Part shown: piece by piece, positions 1 through 11,438 of the stretch
Layout: each line of letters opens with the position of its first letter
Numbering within the stretch: position 1 is the first letter of the stretch
Origin: Seison nebaliae
Lineage: Eukaryota
DNA: 64,000 bases
Direction of reading: 5' to 3'
NCBI GenBank assembly: GCA_023231475.1
Contig: JALJEE010000958.1
Span: 1 to 64,000 of the forward strand
Position numbers and translations under genes: made by a program
Notes under the pieces: generated by a model
Told to the model about the DNA's origin: nothing
Databases searched by the model: none
Seen by the model: the letters and a program-made list of their open reading frames with translations, nothing else

Positions 1-129
1 GGTACAGTTCAGCAACTTCAAAATAATTTATTTTCTAAATATTTTTGAGAAATGTTTATTTATTCAGTATGTTCTCGCTTACCATCCGGGAAGATGTGAG
101 AATATACAGAATAGATGTATGTGAAATGA

Positions 130-622
130 CATTTATATTTAAGAGATAAATTCGTAATTTTAATTAAATGTTTGCTTATGTTGTTGGAGAAAATAATTCT
201 ACGCAATTTTCCTTCAACCTTTTTCGCGACTGAAAAACTTTTCTCTGAATCAGTTTTTGAAGGATTTACGATGTCGATTGCATTAATGAATTGTCATTTT
301 TATAAGATTAGCATGCCCATTCGATTACAATTCTTCCGACTTTACAATAACTTATGACTATAACTATTAATTTTAATGAATTTTTGTAAAATTAAAAGCC
401 CATGAAAAATACAACTTTATAGTCTTGACAATTGACCAATGACGTATCGTTCTGATAAATTTAAAGAACTGTGGAAAATGTCGTTAATATGAAACCTCTG
501 AATATATTGTTCGTTAACCTTAAAACTGTTGTTGTTGGATAAATTCAAATTTTTGATATTTTAATATAAACGAAAAAGTTTGTGAGAAGACTATTGATTG
601 CATTATATGAGAAACGTTTTAT
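130..622. repeat. Direct repeat block A, copy 1 (copy 2 at ~4011-4452)
   Basis: catttatattt..gagataaattcgtaattttaattaaa..tttgcttatgttgttggagaaaataattctacgcaa...gaaacgtttt is collinear with 4011-4452, with substitutions and indels. Confidence 0.9.
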
Positions 623-699
623 TACAACAAAATTATTCTTATTCTGAAGAACCTGATCAAACCTCGCTAAATTCATACAGATCGACTTGTATTTCTTCT

Positions 700-1260
700 T
701 TCTTACTGAAAGTATTCGAGAACCTTATCTTGATCCGATACCGTATTGTAGTCTATTCGTCATCGTATCAATTCACCTATCGATCATCCTGTCGAGGCAC
801 ATAGCCTCTTCTTCTCATTCTTCGTTTGGCTACAAGTATCGCTAAGGAAATGAAACTTTCTTTACATCTTCTCTTCCTTGACGATTCAACGGCATTCGAT
901 TCAGTCAACGTTTCTTTCCCATTTGATTATCATATCCTAATATTATATTCTCAAATTTGTCGTCCATCTCTCCTGCAATTCCTCTGGACGCATTGTTCAC
1001 GGTCATAGCTACATCACTTCCTTCCAAATTAATTCAAGAGTTCGTCAAAGTACGATCCTAGGTCCCTGGTTATTTGGACTGGCTATTGACAGCGTCCTGT
1101 GCGAACTTAACCAAAATAACAAGACCGCCATCGGCGATTTCTTACTTGATCGACCGTGATTCCTTCGATCAATTGCGATTCTATGTTGACACCGAGAAAG
1201 ACAATATTTTTTTTCTCTTTCTTCACATTTATCCCAACGGGAATTCTAACTAATAAATAA
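700..1260 (-). mobile_element. Degenerate non-LTR retrotransposon remnant (C-terminal part of RT ORF, RTE-like)
   Basis: Minus-strand fragments NIVFLGVNIESQL (resembles YLGV-I---L) and AILVAKRRMRRRGYVPRQDDR (780-848; resembles the RTE motif I--RRLRW-GHV-R--D-R); broken by stops and frameshifts. Confidence 0.45.
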
Positions 1261-1264
1261 TAAT

Positions 1265-1475
1265 TCCTTTCCTTCGTTCTAATGATTGTTAAATATTCTT
1301 CTCTTGTTGTGCGTAATTTTGATGATTTGTCAAAGTTCGTGGAGGATGAAAATTTTGGATGGAGATACTTCATATCTTTTTAGGAGAAAGGTCATTAAAG
1401 AAAATTTCCTCAAATCTTTCTTTTTCTAGGTAATGTTTTTAGCGATTTTATCCAGATGATTATGATGTTCGAAGA
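1265..1475. repeat. Direct repeat block B, copy 1 (copy 2 at ~4645-4872)
   Basis: atgattgttaaatattcttctcttgttgtgcgtaatt...ctaggtaatgtttttagcgat..tatccagatgatt.tgatgttcgaagaa occurs twice. Confidence 0.9.
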
Positions 1476-1662
1476 AATTAGTGTATTTTTTATAAGTATT
1501 TATTATTATCCAAATACAAAGCTTATTATAATAAATTATCTTATCAGTAAAAAATTAAAATCCTTAAAACAGACTCAAAGCGAGGAAATCAAAATGTTAA
1601 GGTATTTTACTTATAAATAAAAACGAAAGAATTGATTGAAATATTATCGTTAAATGAATAGT

Positions 1663-3559
1663 TTAAAAGTTTTTAAGGAACGATTTCTTGAATTCATGAA
1701 TTTTTGGAATAACTAGAAATTGAGATTTATTTTATTATAAACGTCCTCAGTTTCGTTATAGCAACCCCCCCTTTGCAGTAAGAAGTTGTAAATGACATCA
1801 TCGTTTCCAAAAAACTGACACCTATCATTAGATACCATTCCATATAAAAGTGACTCATCATGACAAACACATCCGTCTTCAATTGAACTGCAATTGACTA
1901 TATTACTCCCATCATAACCTAGCTAAAATAAGTGAAATGTGTAAAATAATGAAAATAACGGCTATATTGAACATTGGGTAGTATCATTGATTCATTTCCA
2001 CAAAACGGATCCATTATTTCATCATTTTCAATACTGGGCGCTGTTGAAGCGTTATAAAATATTGTATAACTCTTATAATACATCGAAAAAAATATAAAAA
2101 AGGCATGAAAAAAAAAGTAAACAGCTGTGATGCTTCCACCCATACGAGAGTAGATGAATTCCGTACCATTAAATGAAAAGTCAATGAACTTAATATCATT
2201 CCAAAAGTTTTGAGGATTAGAGACAAGGATGAATAACGTTGAAAGTTTAAACACAATGGTTGTGTGAATTCTCTCGTTATGTAGAATTGGGATTAATGTG
2301 TGGCTTAACCTAAATCCGGTAGTTCTGCTAGTTAAAATAGACACAGTAGACGTAGGTGATACAACAGACGAAGTAGATCCGGTAGTTGCGTTAGTTAAAA
2401 TAGACACAGTAGACGTAGGTGATACAACAGACGAAGTAGCTCCGGTAATTGCGTTAGTTAAAATAGACACAGTTGACGTAGGTGATCGAGAAGATAAGAT
2501 AGTCTCATTCCTTATGGGATAAGTAGATTGGATAAGTGTACTAGATAATTTGGGCGACATAGTTTTTATGGAAGTTGCAAGTGTAGAAGATGTAAATAAT
2601 TTTGAAGATATAGTACTGGAAATTGTTGTTATATTATCAACAGTACTACTTGCATAAGTTAAAATAGTATTGGATATAGTGGGTTCTTTTGTTGACAACT
2701 TTAAATTTGTCGTAAAATTCGATTGATTCAATGTAGTATACTGCATTATTGTAAATGTTGGTGTTGAATGACGAAAATTTTGTGAGTTATTCATTATACT
2801 TGTAAATGATGACCACTCGTCACGATGGCTTGTCGTTCCATAATTAGTTGACTCTAACATAGTAGTAAAATATGATGGTTTTGTTAGATTGTCCGTTGTC
2901 GATATAGTGGGTTGTTTTGTTGACAACTTGAAATTTGTCGTAAAATTCGAAGGATTCAATGCAGTAGGCCATGTTTCGGTTATAAATGTTAGTGTTGAAT
3001 GACGAAAATTTTGAGAGCTATTCATTGTACTTGTAAATGATGACCACTCGTCACGATGGTTTGTCGTTCCATAATTAGTTGACCCTAACACAGTAGTAAA
3101 ATATGATGGTTTTGTTAGATCTGAACTAAAAAAGTTCAACGAATTATTAGTAGCCGAAGAAACTTTAGGTAGATTTGTAGAAACGAATTTCAACGTATTT
3201 GATGATTGTAAATTAGATGATGGAAAAGATTGGATTGAAGTTAATGTAGAATTACTGGTTACATTGGGTGTCGTTAGCATTGTTGATGATTGATCGCTGG
3301 AGTGAAATTCACAATCGATAAGTTTTCCATCAGAAAATTGATAGAATTTTGTTACTTGCTCTATGATGCGAAGGTTCAAAATTTCAACTGTCCATTCATC
3401 TCCATTAACTTGATCGGCTGTACTTAAGTCCACAGTGTCACCTATTTTATTATGGGAACTGCCAACTCCTATGTCTAATATTGTTCCCTCAATAATTGCA
3501 GTAATATAGAAACATGATAACAGAAGAAAAGTATTCATATTGTTATTCTCAAATCTCAT
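1663..3559 (-). CDS. Secreted mucin-like Ser/Thr-rich glycoprotein with Cys-rich C-terminal domain; probably 3 exons (introns 2072-2122 and 1919-1959)
   Basis: Signal peptide MNTFLLLSCFYITAIIEG and a long S/T-rich repeat region. Removing the 41-nt GTT..TAG intron extends the frame to RYDGSNIVNCSSIEDGCVCHDE...RCQFFG...GGCYNETE, stop at 1663. Confidence 0.7.
2316..2486 (-). repeat. 63-nt coding tandem repeat (~2.7 units; SPTSTVSILTNAxTGxTSSVV)
   Basis: Unit tagttaaaatagacacagtagacgtaggtgatacaacagacgaagtag is repeated. Confidence 0.95.
2673..3121 (-). repeat. ~230-nt coding tandem duplication (two ~76-aa units LTKPSYFTT...HRDEWSSFTS...KLSTK)
   Basis: 2673-2890 matches 2901-3121. Confidence 0.95.
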
Positions 3560-3684
3560 TCAATCTTCCTTCTTTGTATAGTGATAATATAAATGGGAGT
3601 TAGACAAAGAAATATGATAAAATCAAGTATATCATGGGTATACATATTAATTATTGAAACTTCGGAATTTCAATCGTCCATTCA

Positions 3685-3694
3685 GTGACGTCAC
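3685..3694. promoter_or_regulatory. CRE/ATF palindrome GTGACGTCAC ~125 nt upstream of the mucin-like gene
   Basis: Perfect 10-bp palindrome containing TGACGTCA in AT-rich DNA. Confidence 0.45.
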
Positions 3695-4010
3695 ACATAC
3701 AATCAGTTATAAAACTATCAAATTAGCCTAATGATCTTTAATTTACTTTGACTAATTCTATTTTAAAGGCGTTTTAACGTTTATGAACATTTAATTTTCA
3801 TTAAGTTATAATTTTAAAATTATAATCATTTACCATTTATGAAATTAAATTTGCAATTCAATATTTATTTATTTTTTTGTTTTGTAAGTAATAATATTTC
3901 TATCTTCAACGTTCATTTTAGTTATTTAAAGCATTAAAACGATAAAACGTTTAAAAAATTAAATTATAAACTAGATTAAGAATTCTACTTTAATTTGGTA
4001 ATACATTTAA

Positions 4011-4872
4011 CATTTATATTTAGGAGATAAATTCGTAATTTTAATTAAACTTTTGCTTATGTTGTTGGAGAAAATAATTCTACGCAAATTTCCTTCAACA
4101 TTTTCGCGATTGAAAAACTTTTCTCTGAATCGGTTTTCGAAGGATTTACGACGTTGATTGCATTGACCAATTGTCTTTTTTATAAGACGTTTCAATAACT
4201 TATGACTATAACTATTAATTTCAATGAATTTTAAAAAAATTAAAAGCCCATGACAAATACAACTTCATAGTCTTGACAATGTCACTCAAAATAAGAACTG
4301 TGAGAAATGTCGTTAATATGAAATGTCTGAATATATTGTTCGTTAAGCTTAAAACTGTTGTTGTTGGATAAATTGAAATTTTTGACTTTTTAAAAAAAAC
4401 GAAAAAGTTTGTGAGAGGACTATTGTTTGCGATATATGAGAAACGTTTTATTTACTTGTATAAAATAAACATGCAAAACTTATACGTTCACTATTCGTTT
4501 CTATTCTATTCGACTCATTCTTCATTTGTTTAGTTCATTCATTTTTTCCCTTCAATTTTTTAGGGCACAGGCTTCATCAAACAATCATGAAGAGAATTTG
4601 TCCTTCTTCTTCTTGTCAGCCATCCACGCATATTCTTATTCATTACTTTCCCTCGTTCTGATGATTGTTAAATATTCTTCTCTTGTTGTGCGTAATTGAT
4701 CCTTTATTTTCCAGTGTGATAATTTGTCAAAGTTCGTGAAAGATGAAAATTTTGGATGGAGATACTTCACATCTTTTTAGGAGAACGGTCATTAAAGAAA
4801 ATTTCCTCAATTCTTTCTTTTTCTAGGTAATGTTTTTAGCGATCTTATCCAGATGATTGTGATGTTCGAAGA
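4011..4872. repeat. Second copies of repeat blocks A (4011-4452) and B (4645-4872)
   Basis: Direct-orientation similarity to 130-622 and 1265-1475; the A-B spacer differs between the copies. Confidence 0.9.
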
Positions 4873-5292
4873 ATGATATGATTGTCTAATAATGAATCTC
4901 AAATTTTAAATTTAAATCTCCGTTTAACTTTTAGGATTCCACAAACTATCCACAATTTATTTAGGTAAAAAAAGTCATCGAACGTTTTTCGAAAATTTCG
5001 AATCTTTCATCTTTCATCGAGAGAGTTAACTTGTTTTTTGATAACATTTTTTTGGGGGACAATGAACAAGAATTTTTAACATTTTTTCCTTTTCTATTTG
5101 TGATTGATAAAATTTGATTTCATCATCTAATTTGTTCAATCAAATTTTATTATATTTTTTTTTAAAAATAAAAAAAGGAAATTTTTTTATCGAATAACTT
5201 CCTGCACAGCAATTATCATATAAATAGATAAACACAATTTTCGAAATTATTGTTCAATTTTAAACGAGAGAATTTGATCAAATTGGGAAATA

Positions 5293-6114
5293 ATGGCGGA
5301 ACGTCTCGCTTCAATTTTCGGTACGGAAAAAGATAAAGTTAATTGTTCATTTTATTTCAAAATCGGTGCATGTCGTCATGGTGATAAATGTGCACGAGTA
5401 CACAATCGTCCAACATTCAGTCAAACTATTCTCTTAAAGAACATTTACCTCCAACAATTCAATACGACATCAAATTCGAAAGTATCGTCGTCAGGTGGAA
5501 ATGGTCGGAATGAATCAGCTTTCAGAAATGATACAGATAATCAACATGAATTTGATGATTTTTATGAAGAGTTGTGGGTAGAGATTAGTGAGAAATATGG
5601 AGAGATTGAAGAGATGAAAGTTTGCGATAATTTAGGCGAACATTTGGTCGGAAATTGTTATATAAAATTTCGTCGAGAAGACGATGCGGCAAAAGCAGTG
5701 AAAGAATTGAATAATCGATGGTTCGATGGAAAACCAATTTATGCAGAATTATCACCTGTCACTGATTTTAGAGAAGCATGTTGTAGACAATATGATTTAG
5801 GAGAATGTACTCGAGGCGGTTTCTGTAATTTTATGCATCTCAAACATATTTCTAAGACATTGTCAAAGCGATTGTTTAAAGAGCAGAATTATCGATATGA
5901 AGATTCCGAACATTCCTCTCGACATGATGGATACTCGAGAGAGAGACATCGACATCATAACGATGAAGGATATCGTTCACATGATCATCCCAGAGATTCA
6001 TCAAACCGTCGTCATCGACGACATCGATCACCAACCGCTGACGAGAATAGTGAACGACATCATCATCGTTCACATCAAAATGGCAATTATAGACGTCGAC
6101 GTCGACACGATTAA
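5293..6114 (+). CDS. U2AF1: U2 snRNP auxiliary factor small subunit (U2AF35), single exon
   Basis: MAERLASIFGTEKDKVNCSFYFKIGACRHGD, UHM domain, AELSPVTDFREACCRQY..GECTRGGFCNFMH. Confidence 0.98.
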   Translation: MAERLASIFGTEKDKVNCSFYFKIGACRHGDKCARVHNRPTFSQTILLKNIYLQQFNTTSNSKVSSSGGNGRNESAFRNDTDNQHEFDDFYEELWVEISEKYGEIEEMKVCDNLGEHLVGNCYIKFRREDDAAKAVKELNNRWFDGKPIYAELSPVTDFREACCRQYDLGECTRGGFCNFMHLKHISKTLSKRLFKEQNYRYEDSEHSSRHDGYSRERHRHHNDEGYRSHDHPRDSSNRRHRRHRSPTADENSERHHHRSHQNGNYRRRRRHD

Positions 6115-6405
6115 TCTTAGCCTGAGTTCCCTATCCAAATCATATTATTTGTCGATGTATTTCTCATCATTTCTATTGTCTTTTAAATTAAATTTTTTTT
6201 CTTCAAACTTCAAACCATCAATAACGGTATCATGATTATATATTTGAGATGCAGGAATTGATTGAATATCGAGTCATCGTTAAAATTATAAATAAAAATT
6301 TCCATCAAATTTATTTGAATCTGAATTAAAATTTTTTGAATAAAATACTTAAATATTTAGCTTAGTAATTTGGAAGTTTTTTTTTGTGAAGAATAATTAT
6401 CGTTC

Positions 6406-6419
6406 GTTGCTAAGGAGAT
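6406..6419 (+). promoter_or_regulatory. RFX X-box upstream of CFAP298
   Basis: GTTGCTAAGGAGAT, ending 27 nt before the ATG at 6446. Confidence 0.7.
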
Positions 6420-6445
6420 TGATAAAGAAATTTCTAGAAACGAAA

Positions 6446-7339
6446 ATGGTTTTACTGAATGTGAAAATTGGAGATAAATCACGGTTTCTTTTCGAAACAA
6501 CTTGCGATGCATTAGTATCTGATGTATTGAATGAAGTTTGTTCGTTAACGAATGATTGTCTGAAAATTGAGAGAATCTGTTCGGAGATTCCGTTATTGAT
6601 GGAAAGTGGCGTTGTGATGCCATTGAACATGCAAGGTTTAACTGATGATCAAATCGTCGATTTGAAATTAGTGGATGAGTGGAAAGAGACTTGTATTCCA
6701 TCTGGTGGATATGAAGAAGGAAAAGATCAATATGGGAGACGTAATGGACGAGCTCCATTAGATAAAATGAAATCAGTTCTCGAACGAGCGATAAATGACG
6801 GAAAACGATTAATTAGTATGAAGAACGTTTCACAAGGAACAATATTAACAAAGGAACATATAAAAGAATCTTTAAACATTTTGAAAGGAGCAATAACTAT
6901 TGTTTATCCGATGAATCTTCCACCACACGATCCAATTAGAATGGAATTAGAAAATCGAGAAGATCTTTCTGGAACTCAAGCGAGTAAAGATGTCCTTCCT
7001 CAACCATATAAGGAAAATATCAAATTATGGTTTTGTGGTAAAGAATTGAAGATAAATAATAAATTAAGTGATCATATAGGTTGGAATGAAAAAACGAAAT
7101 GTGTCATTAAAATCGGAAGGAAAGAAAGTGGAGCACCAGGTCGAGAACCGATCATCAATGAAGAAGAACAAAAACAATTGATGAGTCATTATTATAAGAA
7201 GGAACAAGAAGATAAACGTGTTCGTGAACATGAGATGCATAATGATAGTGATCATTATCTAAATTCACCATGGGCTGATCCGAATTCATTGAAACGTCAA
7301 TTTCATGGTTTAAATAATATAAGAATGCCATTTAAATGA
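6446..7339 (+). CDS. CFAP298: Cilia- and flagella-associated protein 298 (C21orf59/Kurly)
   Basis: MVLLNVKIGDKSRFLFET, GRRNGRAP, IVYPMNLPPHDPIRMELEN, APGREP, YLNSPWADPNSLKRQFHGL. Confidence 0.95.
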   Translation: MVLLNVKIGDKSRFLFETTCDALVSDVLNEVCSLTNDCLKIERICSEIPLLMESGVVMPLNMQGLTDDQIVDLKLVDEWKETCIPSGGYEEGKDQYGRRNGRAPLDKMKSVLERAINDGKRLISMKNVSQGTILTKEHIKESLNILKGAITIVYPMNLPPHDPIRMELENREDLSGTQASKDVLPQPYKENIKLWFCGKELKINNKLSDHIGWNEKTKCVIKIGRKESGAPGREPIINEEEQKQLMSHYYKKEQEDKRVREHEMHNDSDHYLNSPWADPNSLKRQFHGLNNIRMPFK

Positions 7340-7448
7340 ACATGATTAATGGAAAATATTTATTTTAATTTCATTAAAACTTTCATCAATTCATTTAATT
7401 TATTATTTATTTCAATCTTTTTCAATTTTCTTTTATTTTCATCATCAG

Positions 7449-8928
7449 ATGAATTCATCTTTCCGTTGTCTTCTTGTTGATGTTGGAGGTTATACAATAA
7501 AAATCGGTTGGAGTGATGAGAAGAAGCCAAAGTAATTTTCTTCTAAAATTTTCTTATTTCTCACAATTCTTCATCGATTTATACGAAAGGATTTATCCAA
7601 ATTGCATTTATCGATCACGAACTTCGAAGAAAAATCAATATATTAGTGGAGAAATAAAAAATAGTGTTGATCGAATGTCATTATATTATCATTTGCCAAT
7701 ACAAAAAGTTTTTATTTCGAAATTTTATGAAAAAGTTTTATTAACTAATTATTATAAATTTTGAAGGGTTATATCACTAATTGGGAATTACAAAAGGAAA
7801 TATTCGATTATATTTTCGATGATATGAAAGTTTAACAAATTCTAATTATTCAAATTTATTGCTATAATCTAATGATTATTAGATATTTGAAGAAGAAGAA
7901 CATCCACATCTATTGATAACAGAACCGTTGTTCAATTTCCATACTAATCAAGTGACACTCATCTCGTTATTATTCAACCATTATCAATTTGGAAGTATTC
8001 GGAGATTTCATCGTTAAGAAATTAATTCATTTTTTGAAATATCATTTTATTCTAATCGATCATTCTTAGCCATCGTTCTTGGATATTATTATTCGTTGAA
8101 GAAATGTAAAGAAGATTCTTTGGCAGCTATCGTCGTCGATAGTGGTTATTCATTCACTCATATGGCAGCAGTGGATGATGATGGAAATGTGATAAAGTCA
8201 ACAATTCGACGAATCGATGTTGGAGGGAAAATGTTAACGAATTATATGAAGGAAGCAATCTCTTATCGACAATTGATGGTGATGGAAGAGACTTTTGCCA
8301 TCAATGAATTGAAAGAACATTGTTCATATGTGGCAGAAGAAGATTTCAAAAAGGAATTAGAAGATATTAAAAAGAATGATAAACAAATCCGTTATCTATT
8401 ACCAGATTGGGATCGTGTAAGAAATGGAAGAATTATTGGACCAGAAGAATCGGTGAATGAAGAAATTCAAATTTTAACATTGAGAAACATTCATATGAAA
8501 GTACCCGAATTATTATTCAATCCTCAACAAGCTGATATTAAACAATTAGGAATTGTAGATTGTTTGATCGAATCCATACTCCACAACCATGACATCGACG
8601 AACAATTGAAAGAACGATTATTTGGAAATATCATATTGTTTGGTGGTAATATGAAAATTAAGAAAATGAAAAATCGAATAGAAAAAGATTTGCGTTCACA
8701 TCTCAATGAATTTTGGGAGATAAAATTGAATATGTTCGATGAACTTCTTCCTTGGAATGGTGCATTAACTTTCATTTCTCATTTGAATGATACAAAACGT
8801 TCAAATATTGCGAAGAAATTCGATAATGTCGTCTATTTAGAAGAATTCGAGAAATATTCTTCCACTCAACTATTTCAACAATTTCGACGAAATAATTATA
8901 TTATTGATTCAACTCCATCATCATCACT

Positions 8929-8959
<31 letters not shown>

Positions 8960-8971
8960 TTTACAACATAA
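7449..8971 (+). CDS. ACTR6: Actin-related protein 6; 5 exons (introns 7532-7589, 7708-7766, 7830-7882, 8013-8069)
   Basis: Spliced LVDVGGYTIKIGW, YPNCIYRS, LPIQKGYITNWELQKEIFDY, ITEPLFNF, VVDSGYSFTH, RIDVGGKMLTNYMKEAISYRQL. Confidence 0.93.
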
Positions 8972-9025
8972 ACATGAAATATTTTAAAGAATTTTATTTT
9001 TTTAAATAAAAATTTTATATGACAA

Positions 9026-11187
9026 TTACATACGTTCCAAAGGATTGATGCCTAATAATTTAAATAATAATTTCAACACGTTCGCCGTCGCTACCACTAA
9101 TTGTAATCGATCATAATTGATACGGACAATTTCTCCTGAAAAAATATTGAATAATAATTATTAATAAAAATTTTTAACCTTCACCATTCTTTTCAATGCA
9201 ATAACATTTATGATAAAATTCTGAAAATGTCGTAGCGATCTCGTACATGTAAGTGCAAATTGGATGAATATAGAAAGTTTTCATCGCTTGATCAATGACC
9301 TCTGTGAATTTGACGATACAATTCGCCAATTTAATTTCTTCTTTCTCCTCCAATTTTGGAATTTGTTCTTTCGCTTTTAAAACGATTTCTTCTCTCGATG
9401 TCGCTGTACGAATAATACTACAGATACGTGCATAAGCATACAACATATAAACAGCTGTATTTCCTGTATCTTGTAACATTCGATCAAATGAGAAAATGTA
9501 ATTGGATGTTCTCGTTGTGGAAAGATCAGCATATTTGATACATCCATAAGCCACAGCTCTTTGAATTCGATTAAATTCTTCTGGAGATAATTCTTTATCT
9601 CTCTCCTTCTCCATCAACTTATCTTTCGCTCGATTCAAACCTTCATTCAATAAATCACGTAATCGAATTGTGTCGCCACTTCGAGATTTGAATTTCTGTC
9701 GATCTTCTCCTAAAACTAAACCAAATTCAACATGTTCCACATGAACCTTCTCCGGATCGTACCAATTGGCCATTTGAGCAGTTTTAAAAATTCCTTTGAA
9801 ATGTTCATGTTGTCCACAATCCACCACATAAATAATTGCATCCGCTTTCTCCTCCTTCAAACGATGACGAATAGTTGCCAGATCGCTTGTATCATAAGTG
9901 AATCCACCATCACTTTTTTGAATGGTCAATGGTATGGAACAATCCGTTGGCCATACTAATAGTCGTCCTTCGTCTTTGATGGCGAGATTAGATTGGAGGA
10001 AATCTTTCACCACATCTTTCATCATTGATTGATAGAATGATTCTCCTCTCGCTTCAATTACCACTTCCAAATCATCATAAATCTTATTAAGTTCCGTCAA
10101 CGAAACATCACAAATTAATTTCCATGCTTTATAAGCATCACTCTCATATGATTGAACTTTCACCACATTCTCATATGATCGTTTTTTAAATTCTTCATCT
10201 TCATCAAAACGTTTTTTTGCTTGTTTGTAGAATTGTTGGAGATTTGAAATTGATGGTGATTCATTGAGATAATTTGGAAATTCATCTTGTAATTGAGCGA
10301 CCAACATACCAAATTGTGTACCCCAATCACCTAAATGATTTAATCGTAATACTTCATGACCACATGCTTCCAATAACCGACAAATACTATCACCAATAAT
10401 TGTCGATCTCAAATGACCGACATGCATTTCTTTTGCGATATTGGGCGATGATAAATCCACAACATATTTCAAAGATTTTTCCGTTTTACATGGTCGTGCA
10501 TCATTTAAGACTAAATTCTGTATTTGTTTCATTAACCATTCATGATTGATGTTAATATTAACGAAACCTGGACCGCCACAACTCAAATCTTTTATTATGA
10601 ATAAATCCATTTGATTTAAACGTTCAATTAATCGATTTGCAATTATTCTCGGATTGATTCCTAATAACTTTCCAAAAATCATAGATGAATCAAATTGAAA
10701 ATCTGACATCTTTCCATTTACGATAGTGATGTTGTGTGGAAATAATAAAGGAAATTTATCTTCTTTATAAAATTCGAGAAAAGTTCCATATCGAAATAAT
10801 TTCTGTAGATAATTCTTCACATTCACATATTCTCCATCATTCATTGATGAATCAATTAATCCTTTCAAATACTTCTCACTTTCAACCATTTCTTTTTCGA
10901 TACTTCTCTCCAAAATACCCAATTGATATTTCTTCTTTTGAATAAGAAAATCATTTTGACTTTTATCATTTCCATTCAAGAATGATCTGATCTTCTTTGG
11001 AATATTCTCATCCAATTCATCGACTTTCTTCTCATAACTCTCCAATTTCCCATTCTACAAATATCAGTGAATAAGATGTCTCATAATAAAAATTAACAGA
11101 TTCTTTCAATAATTTATTCTCCATCACTTCTTTTTCTTGCTTATAGAAATGAAGATTTCTTTTTTTGAGTATAAACGTGTTTTCCAT
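9026..11187 (-). CDS. RARS1: Cytoplasmic arginyl-tRNA synthetase; 3 exons (two 43-nt introns, at ~11055-11097 and 9136-9178)
   Basis: SSPNIAKEMHVGHLRSTIIG, KSDGGFTYDTSDLA, KFKSRSG, GNTAVYMLYAYARICSI; last exon ends LLGINPLERM*. Confidence 0.97.
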
Positions 11188-11438
11188 TTTGTAGGACAGA
11201 AAAGAAACGATATATTCCAATCAAATTTCATTCTAATTCAAATAATACTTTGATCAAATCTGAATTGTTAAGCTGATCAATTCTCTCAAAAAATTTTGTC
11301 TTTTCTATTTTTATCCTTTCTGTCTTTTTTCCCCATCTCAACTAATAACAACAACAACAAGAAGAAAACAATTTTTTTTCTTTCTGTAAAGGCAATTTTA
11401 AAAAAGAGAATAAGGAAAATTTAAAAAGTAAACGAATT

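Noticed and set aside
1750..1765. X-box-like GTTGCTATAACGAAAC
   Set aside because: It falls inside the inferred last coding exon of the mucin-like gene (GGCYNETE), not in a promoter
2316..2486. Regularly spaced repeats resembling a CRISPR array
   Set aside because: Contiguous 63-nt in-frame coding repeats with no unique spacers, in a eukaryotic context with no cas genes
130..4872. LTR retrotransposon (direct repeats flanking an ORF)
   Set aside because: No TG..CA termini, PBS/PPT or gag/pol recognised; the internal gene appears to have spliceosomal introns
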